From Conidiobolus incongruus B7586 (lineage: Eukaryota), in NCBI GenBank assembly GCA_000697335.1, contig JNEM01013741.1, positions 1-33,213 on the forward strand: a DNA stretch of 33,213 nt. Direction: 5' to 3'. Under the pieces are notes generated by a model. It saw nothing but the letters and a program-made list of their open reading frames with translations. It had not been told where the DNA came from and did not search any database. The translations under genes were made by a program, and so were the position numbers. The first letter of the stretch is position 1. Each line of letters begins with the position of its first letter. Shown in pieces: positions 25,324 through 33,213 of the stretch.

Positions 25324-25680
25324 TCACTCCGATAGCTTCATACTCTCGAAAGATAGTTGAAAGGGATACACGTCATACTTTATTATATAAATTGATAACA
25401 TCATGACGATAGTCACACCAATGTATGCTGGTTTAATATTGCGAGTTGACAGTATAAATACTGTAACTACATATATCATTGACTTATAGCCTCTTGAAAG
25501 GTAATCCAAGAGAGGCGCATTACTTGATAAACCCTGGTCTTCTATCAACTGCTGCATATATCGCTCTTTGTGTCTCTATGTACAATGTTCTACAAACCAC
25601 TCACTATTCAGGTTCTAGCACTATCATTTCAATCTAATATCAAGGAGTAATTCATTGATTCGATGAAATTTTAACAGATT
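25324..25680 (-). pseudogene. Decayed coding-like fragment, family unrecognised
   Basis: The 77 aa ORF continues upstream in frame through stops: ..LLLDIRLK**C*NLNSEWFVEHCT*RHKERYMQQLIEDQG... GC is above the intergenic background. Confidence 0.3.
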
Positions 25681-25877
25681 TCTAAGTAATAAATTAGTCG
25701 ACGTCAGCAATGAATCTTAGTAAATGATATTGTAAAAATAAGGTTTAATAATTTTAATGAATGCCATATGCATTAAAAATGTTTGAAATAAGCAGGAAAT
25801 TGACATAATTCTATTATATTATAATGTTTATTCAAAATAAACTAGTTAATGTCCTGTGTAGGTTTTTTAATATTAAA

Positions 25878-27782
25878 TCATTTTTCATCAATACTCTTAT
25901 AAAGTTTATCCAATACAGATTGATAAAAATTCTTCAAGTTTTTTCTTTTAACTTTTAAAGTCGGAGTAACTAAGCCTTGATCAGGAGTGAAAGGTAATGG
26001 TTCCAAATATACCGCCTTTAACTTTTCATATCCTTTCAATCCATTTTTCTCTGCAATCCGATTTAATACAGTTACAAACTCTTTTATAATTAGATCATGC
26101 TGGCATAACTGTTCAATGGTCATATTACTAGAAATAATAGCTTGAGCCCAAGGGATGAAAGTGTCTGGATTCACCACAAATACTCCAACTAAGCACTGTC
26201 GAAAACTGTTTGCATATATCCAATTCATCAACACCAAGTTGCATTCAGAATAAACCGCTTCAATTGCTTCCAATGAAACATATTCACCTTGACTCAATTT
26301 GATAATATTACTCTCGCGATCGACTAATTTTATGGTTTTTTGATTAGTTAGCATACCAATATCGCCAGTTAAGAAGAATCCATCTTCATCAAAACTTTCT
26401 ATATATTTTTGTAGATTTTTATAATATTCATGTAATACATTAGGACATTTAATACAAATCCCGCTCTGAGGATTAGTAGTATTTATATAGTTCATTTCTG
26501 AGACATCTTTAAACTTCAATTGGGAATATATTACCACCAGTTCAAAATGACTTTTCGTCATATCCTGGATCAATGTTAAAGTACATCCTGTAGTAGTTTC
26601 TGTAGATCCATAGTCTTCAGCAGTTATGATGCCAAACATACAACTTATTGCATCCAGAGCTTCGCCTTTAATTGGGGCACTTCCTGATATAATATAAACC
26701 AAATTTCCACCTAAAATCATTTTCAACTTGTTGAAGATTACAGCATCCCAAAGAGCATGATGTACTCCCATGCCTCTTTTATAATTGGCAAGCTTAATAT
26801 CCAAAGAATATCGGAAGATGGAAGCGATAATAGTGTGACCCTGATCCACTTTGCTCATGACTATACTCCATATCCTGTTTAAGACCCTTGGAACTGAATT
26901 AAAAATGGTTGGTCTCATCAATTGCATGTCTTCAACCAATTTTTTAGGATCATTCCTCCAAAATCCCATCTTAAACCCAACTCGAGTTCCTGCATACAGG
27001 GCAGTTCGTTCATAATTGTGAGATAGTGGTAAATAAGATAGTACCGAAAATGGAATGTCTGGATATCGGCAATAAAATTGCTGTGACATATATAACGATG
27101 CGTGAAGAATGTTTTTATGTGATAGTTGTGCTCCTTTTGACATTCTTGTGGTTCCTGAAGTATAGTATAGAGTATAAATATCATTCAATTTTGGTCTCTG
27201 AAGATTAGATGAATGCTTTAAGCCAAATTCTTCCAATTCAGTAAAGTCCAATAGTTGAATATCTTTACTCTTGGTCCATTCTTCAAGTACTTTGAAAGCC
27301 CAATTATGTTTAGAATCTTGATTTTTTTTCAACTCGTCCATACAAACAATATATTTTAAATGAGGTAGCTCTATTTGAGTTCTAAGTAGCTTGTAGATCT
27401 GAGAACCATCACATACAACGATTCCCAATTCGGATTCATTAATAACATATTCTACTTGTTCTTGGCTGTAGGTATCGAATAGTCCGACAGAAATAACATT
27501 CATACTTAAACAACTCAAATCTGTGATCACCCATTCCATGCGATTTTTGAAAACATTCCAACTGTGTTCAATCTTAGTTCATTGCTTGATGAGTTCAAAT
27601 CAGGTTGACTAAATTGAAAATTTGGGCAAGATTGAAGTAGATGAAATAGACCACATTTGGTTCGGTTCACTTTCTCTTGCACTTCGCCATAAGTTAAAAA
27701 GTTCAAAATTGGTTAATCTTTTAGATTAAAAGATTCTTTAATATTTCCTAGCATTTGCTTATCACAAAGATTTTCTACACCT
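25878..27782 (-). pseudogene. Long-chain acyl-CoA synthetase (ACSL/Faa2-like) pseudogene
   Basis: Upstream of the 553 aa ORF, homologous sequence GVENLCDKQMLG..KD*PILNFLTYGEVQEKV..CGL..VGMFSK has an in-frame TAA (27713-27715). It joins [N]RMEW only through a 1 nt frameshift in an A-run (27544-27548). Core motifs are eroded: YTSGTTRMSKG, EDYGSTE, PQSGICIKCPNVLHEYYK, DRESN. YLPLSH, TGDIG, KLSQGEY and TPTLKVKR are retained. Confidence 0.8.
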
Positions 27783-29394
27783 ATTTCAATCAATTAACAA
27801 ATATTTTTTGACATAATTGATATCAATTTTAATCACCAAAACATATTTAACATTGTATAATCTCGAATAGATTGTTAGAATATCGCCATTTTATTCTATG
27901 AGCTATTGGGATTATTAACTAAAGAAACTTTAATTATCAAAAGTGATTTATAATGAAATAAATATTGCAAAGCAATATTTTCCTTGTTTACAAGTGATAT
28001 TAAGTCGAATATTTTTATGATTAATACTTATTATTTTATCTAATCCATATTGTTCATTCAATAAACAATTTAATTAGAAACAAGGCTCAATCAAATAAAT
28101 TCAGCATAATCTATGGAATAATGTATGGATAGTTATCTAATCAATAGCAATACTAACTAGTTCAGTATAATCTGTATTTAAATTACTCAAGAGATTATTT
28201 TTAATAAACCCAAATAGATAATCAAACATTTGAACGCAATTTCAATATAAATTTTGAATTCAATAAAATTATTTTAAATAATTGTTATATTTCATATTGA
28301 TATTAATATAATCAATATCTAAATATTAGAATATTATATTAGCTATTTAATAATAAAGATTATAATAATAACTATTTTTATTATTTTGTAATTATTACCT
28401 TTATTTTAGAAATAAATCAAAAATTAACCTTATTAATTTTATATCTAATTTATGAATCATGCTAATAAAATCAAGGAATTATATTACATATGAATATAAG
28501 AGTAAATTGTTACTTTCGGTTCCTAGTCAGAAGAAGCTAGCATTAATTAGAATTGATTAATTTTAGTCACCAACATTGAGTAATTGGATTCACAATAATA
28601 ATTATTAAATAATCTAATAAGTGTTATATACAAAGTGGTATCAAGTCTATTAAACTTAGCATAGAGAATTTATAATAATATCGACTTAATATATAATATT
28701 GAAGGTCCAAATATTTAATGAATGGATGTATTAAGCCAAGAATCCAAAACACAAATTTTGAATGAAATAAATTTGAATTAGATAAATAAAAATAAAATTG
28801 GAAATCAAATATCACTAAATTGATATTTACATTATAGTTTATTTAACCTTTTACAAAATAAGAATGACTATTAAATGGATACAATAATCTCTAAAAATAC
28901 TTACGTGTTAATATTCTTGATTTTATCTATTCATTATTCCGATTTATTAATTTTAAAAAATCTGAGATTAAATATTTTAATTTCAAACCTGTCTATTTCA
29001 TTATATTTTAGGAATAAAATGACTCATAAAATATTGTAAATTTATCTTTAAATATTGAAATATAATCAAATTAAACAATTTTTAAACTTAGTTGAAAATA
29101 AGAATAGTAATTTGGAAAATATAATTTGAATGACAAAAAGTATCAGTGCAAATTTTAGTCGAATATATTTATAATCATAATCTAATTATTTATAAAATAT
29201 AATATTTTTAAAATCAAGAAATTTATAATGAATCTTTTGATTAGAGAATAAGTAAATATTGTGATTGAGATTATATATTAGATAGAGAGATAACAAATTA
29301 AAAAGTGGACAAGAGCGCTATAACATATTTTTAATGAAAAATTGAAATTAAAAATAATAAATAGATTTAAAAACTTTTTGCCACAACGAATCGT

Positions 29395-29466
29395 GGGCTC
29401 GACTGGGAATCGAACCCAGGACCTCTCCCACCCTAAGGGAGAATTATACCACTAAACCATCGAGCC
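29395..29466 (-). tRNA. tRNA-Pro (anticodon AGG), intronless
   Basis: GGCTCGA-TGGTTTAGTGGTATAATT-CTCCC TT AGG GT GGGAG-AGGTC-CTGGG TTCGATT CCCAG-TCGAGCC-C. Perfect acceptor, anticodon and T stems; A and B boxes present; T5 Pol III terminator at 29373-29369. Confidence 0.97.
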
Positions 29467-29895
29467 TTGACATTTTCCCCCATTCAAACAAATATACCTT
29501 TTTAATCTAGAGTCAATAAATCAATCTCTGAATTTTTTTAAAAATTATATTTACCTCCTCATATTTACTTATTTAACATAATATTTTTTAAAAAATTATT
29601 TCATTTCTTTAATTTTTTCACCATATAGATATTTCTTATTTATTTTTACAATTCAATTATACTCCAATTAATTTTATCAAATTTTAAAATTATTAAAATA
29701 AATTATACAAATTTTAGATATATATATATATATATATATTAACATTATCTTTTTTAGTAATATGATAAATATAATTATATTAAGATTTATATTCAAAAAT
29801 ATAAAGGAATTGATTAAAATAATTTTAAAAAAATTTTTAACAAATTTGATCAAAATATTAATTAAATTTATTTAATTATAGTATTAATATTAAGA

Positions 29896-29897
<2 letters not shown>

Positions 29898-29944
<47 letters not shown>
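29898..29944. repeat. (TTA)n microsatellite; similar (TAA)n/(TA)n runs near 2500-2525, 8282-8302, 10284-10311, 13200-13215, 24607-24624 and 29718-29738
   Basis: Read directly from the sequence. Confidence 0.9.
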
Positions 29945-29946
<2 letters not shown>

Positions 29947-30466
29947 CAAGTTAATAAATGTTATACTTTTATTATAAACATGGCTGTCAATATTAATAAA
30001 TTGTATATCATAAAATAATTATTAATTATCATTTAATTCATCTATTACTAATTAACAATATTCTCAGCCATTTAAGATTGCGTATTCAATATTTTTATCA
30101 TCAATTTTTCTTTAAAAATGGATTGATCTTAATTTTATATGCTTTGATAAATAATTTTTGAAATAGAAAAATCTAATGCATTTTTATGTTGAGATGGTTA
30201 ACCTCTGTCATAAATAATATGTTTGAATGAATAGATTAGTAACTAGTGATTTATTAATTAATGAGTAGAAATTAATTAATTAATATAGATTTTCCAGAGT
30301 AAAATAATAAATATTTATACATGAGTATTGATTAAATTTCTTGAATTATAACATATGTGACTACTTTAATTGATTACTATATAGCGTTAATATAGTTATA
30401 GTATTTAGAATATCAGTATAATTATAAAAAATGAAACCCTATGAAATTTTATTTAATAAAATTTTG

Positions 30467-31791
30467 TTACAAAAAGTAATGACTACCGGGAAGTCTGTTT
30501 GGAACAGTGCGTTGGTTATCGGGAACTGCATTATAGATTAGGAAACTGTCTTCATTGATTTCTAGAGATTCAGTAATCTTCATTATACTTGCAACGTTAC
30601 CACATCTGTAGCAATAGTTGGGTGCTGACCATACGGTGACTAAATTTTGATCAGGGAACATAAATTTGAAACCTTCTTGGACAAGTTGGTGAGCTCTGGC
30701 TATTAAAGTCAAATCATTGACGTGATTGAACTAGAATAAAATTAAGTAAAAGTATTTGAAATATTGTTTGGGTAAATTACTTCATTTGTGACTTTTCCAC
30801 CAAATAACCAACCAGCACCTCTGGGACTGACAGCCCAAACATCTACATCTTCAGGATCAGACCACATTAAATCTAAATCGATTCAATTAACAATTAAGAA
30901 TTGTGTAAAATGATGAGAGAACTAACCACAAAAAGCGCCCTCATGAGGAATTTCTTGGCATCTTTGAATAGTACGAATTTGATCTAAAGTTCTAATATGG
31001 GGTGATAAACCACCATGAACACATAAAATTTTACCATCAACAATCTATTAAAATATATTAAATAACCTATAGAATGAAAACATAATATATAGATTACGGC
31101 AGCCAGGCCTAAATAATCGAAAACTTGACAACAGTGTTTCCAAACATTTGCATTTCCATACTTATTTTGACATTCCTCTATTTAATATTGAATAATATAT
31201 TAGTTTTATATCCAAAAATTAAACTAATAATTAATATTACCGTAGAAACCATAAACTTGAGTAATCTGTCTACTTTCGTGATTACCCCTCAATAAGGTGA
31301 TTTTTTCAGGATATCTAAATATTGATATTAATAAATTAACTAACTTAACAATACCCAAAATATAGTGTTAATAATTACCTAGCCTTGAGTGCCATCAACA
31401 AACTGAAAGTTTCTAAACTATAATAACCTCTATCTACGAAATCACCCTAACCAATTCAATTAAAAATCTATAAAAAATTATGAATATTAAATAGAAATAA
31501 TACCATAAAAATATAGTTAGTATCTGGCAACTCTCCACCCACTCTGAATAATTCTAATAAGTCGTAAAATTGACCATGGATATCACCACAAACGGTAACG
31601 GGACTAGAAACGGGTTGAACGTTGGATTCTTCCATCAATAACTCTTTGACCTAATTCCATCCATTTAATATGTATATTAATTACTTATGACAGAGCGGAT
31701 GTGTTACCTTTTCACATAATCTCTTCATATCCTGCTCACTCAAAGGCTCACACTTTCGAAGTGTAGCTATCCATTCGTCAGGGTTAGTCAT
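30467..31791 (-). CDS. SIT4: Ser/Thr protein phosphatase, PP6/Sit4 catalytic subunit
   Basis: Eight exons (31791-31708, 31650-31504, 31446-31379, 31314-31241, 31177-31098, 31044-30927, 30872-30781, 30730-30467). Motifs GDIHGQ, GDFVDRG, RGNHE; PP6-type [18 protein letters not shown] and [18 protein letters not shown]-terminal YFL. Confidence 0.93.
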
Positions 31792-33213
31792 CTTTATATT
31801 AATTACTGTTTATTTCTCTCAAAAATTATATATGTAAATTAACAAACTTATAAAAAATTATTTATTAAATTTCAATTTTTTTGTAATCAGTTTTTTTTAA
31901 AAAAAATATTATTAATAATTGAATTTCTTTCTATTAATTATTAAAAATCAATAATAAATTATATTTTGTTAAATTATTATTTTTGGAATAATAAAATTAT
32001 AATTAAAATTAATGGGATAAAATTTCATATTATTTTTAAGTTTAATGTCATGTGATAATATTTAGCGCAGATTTTCAATATTAATTAAAAATTTATTTTA
32101 ATTGATTAAATATTAAATCATATTTTTAAAATATAAAATAAATATTAATTTTAAATATATTTAAACTACAAAAGAATTTAAATATAATAACGTCTATTTT
32201 ATTCAATAGTAAATGAAATCAGAAATTGAATATTTAAATCTTAAATATAACTTATCAAATTTAGAAATTGCTAATTATTAATGTATTGTCAATTGAGGAT
32301 AGGATAGTTAAATTAATCAATTCATCATATTCTAAAAGTTATCAAAAATTCAGTCTAATTAATACTTAATAATTAAATAAAAATTATTTGTTTTTAATTA
32401 ATAATTTTAGTGAAATATGTATTATGTCACCATCAATAAAATTTAGTTGATATATATTAGATAAAAAAATTAAATTTATTCACTCTATGAATAAATTAAG
32501 TTTACATAATTATGAATTATATAATCATTACTAAAAAATATATCTATTAAAACTCAATTGAAAAATAGAATGTAGTAATTTTGATAAAAAGATTTCAAAA
32601 ACTTGATTATATTCTACTGATACCTAAATTTTATTTATATTTATTCATTGTGTTGAGATTTATAATAATTTGGTTGAAAGTAAACTATTTAAATAGTTAA
32701 TTCAGTGAATGCTATAATCTATCAAATAGTATGACCTTAATCATTTAATCAAGATCAACTCTTAATTTTGAATCCAACATTTAATCAATAAGGAATGTCT
32801 AACAATTAAATAAACTCTGAGAATTGCTGAGCAAAATTCAAGATTTAAATAATAAAATTTATCTTTTATTTCTTTTTCAATTAATCATTAAAATTTTAAT
32901 AAACTTTATATTTATTCTGATAGCTCAATTAGTTGGTTATTATATTTTTAAATCAAACATGGATTAAAATTATTCTACAATAAATAACAATAATATCATT
33001 TTATATAATAGGGTGCTTATTTAATTATAAAAGATATAATGATAAATTATTATCTATATAAAAATATTAAAATTACTGATTATTTTGAATATATAGACTT
33101 TGTATCCAAAATATTTCAAATATTCTAAATTAAATAATATATAAATTCATTTTATTATTATATAAACTATTTAAATTTTATTACTTTTGAATATTAAAAT
33201 ATTAACTATAAAT

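Noticed and set aside
940..27715. TAA/TAG-to-Gln genetic code reassignment as the explanation for in-frame stops
   Set aside because: STE11, ADE4, SIT4 and the RGS gene end in TAA and have no internal TAA/TAG, so the stops are mutational decay.
781..28815. Isolated low-complexity ORFs (781-993, 2187-2384, 22705-22920, 28624-28815)
   Set aside because: Non-ATG starts, I/N/K/F/Y-rich, and no splice or motif support.
1..33213. Prokaryotic features (CRISPR arrays, operons) or organellar origin
   Set aside because: Spliceosomal introns throughout, eukaryotic genes and no repeat-spacer arrays.

Overview
Very AT-rich, intron-rich eukaryotic DNA with ~47-65 nt GT-AG introns and the standard genetic code. 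It is a fungus, probably early-diverging (Conidiobolus-like; inferred from composition, intron style and protein divergence). Intact genes: an Opy2-like single-pass membrane protein (+), two many-exon coiled-coil genes, a small membrane protein, an RGS-domain/transmembrane protein, the MAPKKK STE11, a hotdog thioesterase, ADE4, tRNA-Pro(AGG) and the PP6/SIT4 phosphatase. Three things are not shown by the ORF track. (1) A full-length 1,272 bp mariner fossil (TIRs, TA ends, catalytic motifs still recognisable) and a second partial copy, both eroded largely by C>T/G>A transitions. (2) An acyl-CoA synthetase pseudogene with the same mutation bias. (3) An unusually long, GC-richer intron in ADE4 with mutually exclusive helices, a candidate purine-responsive RNA splicing switch.
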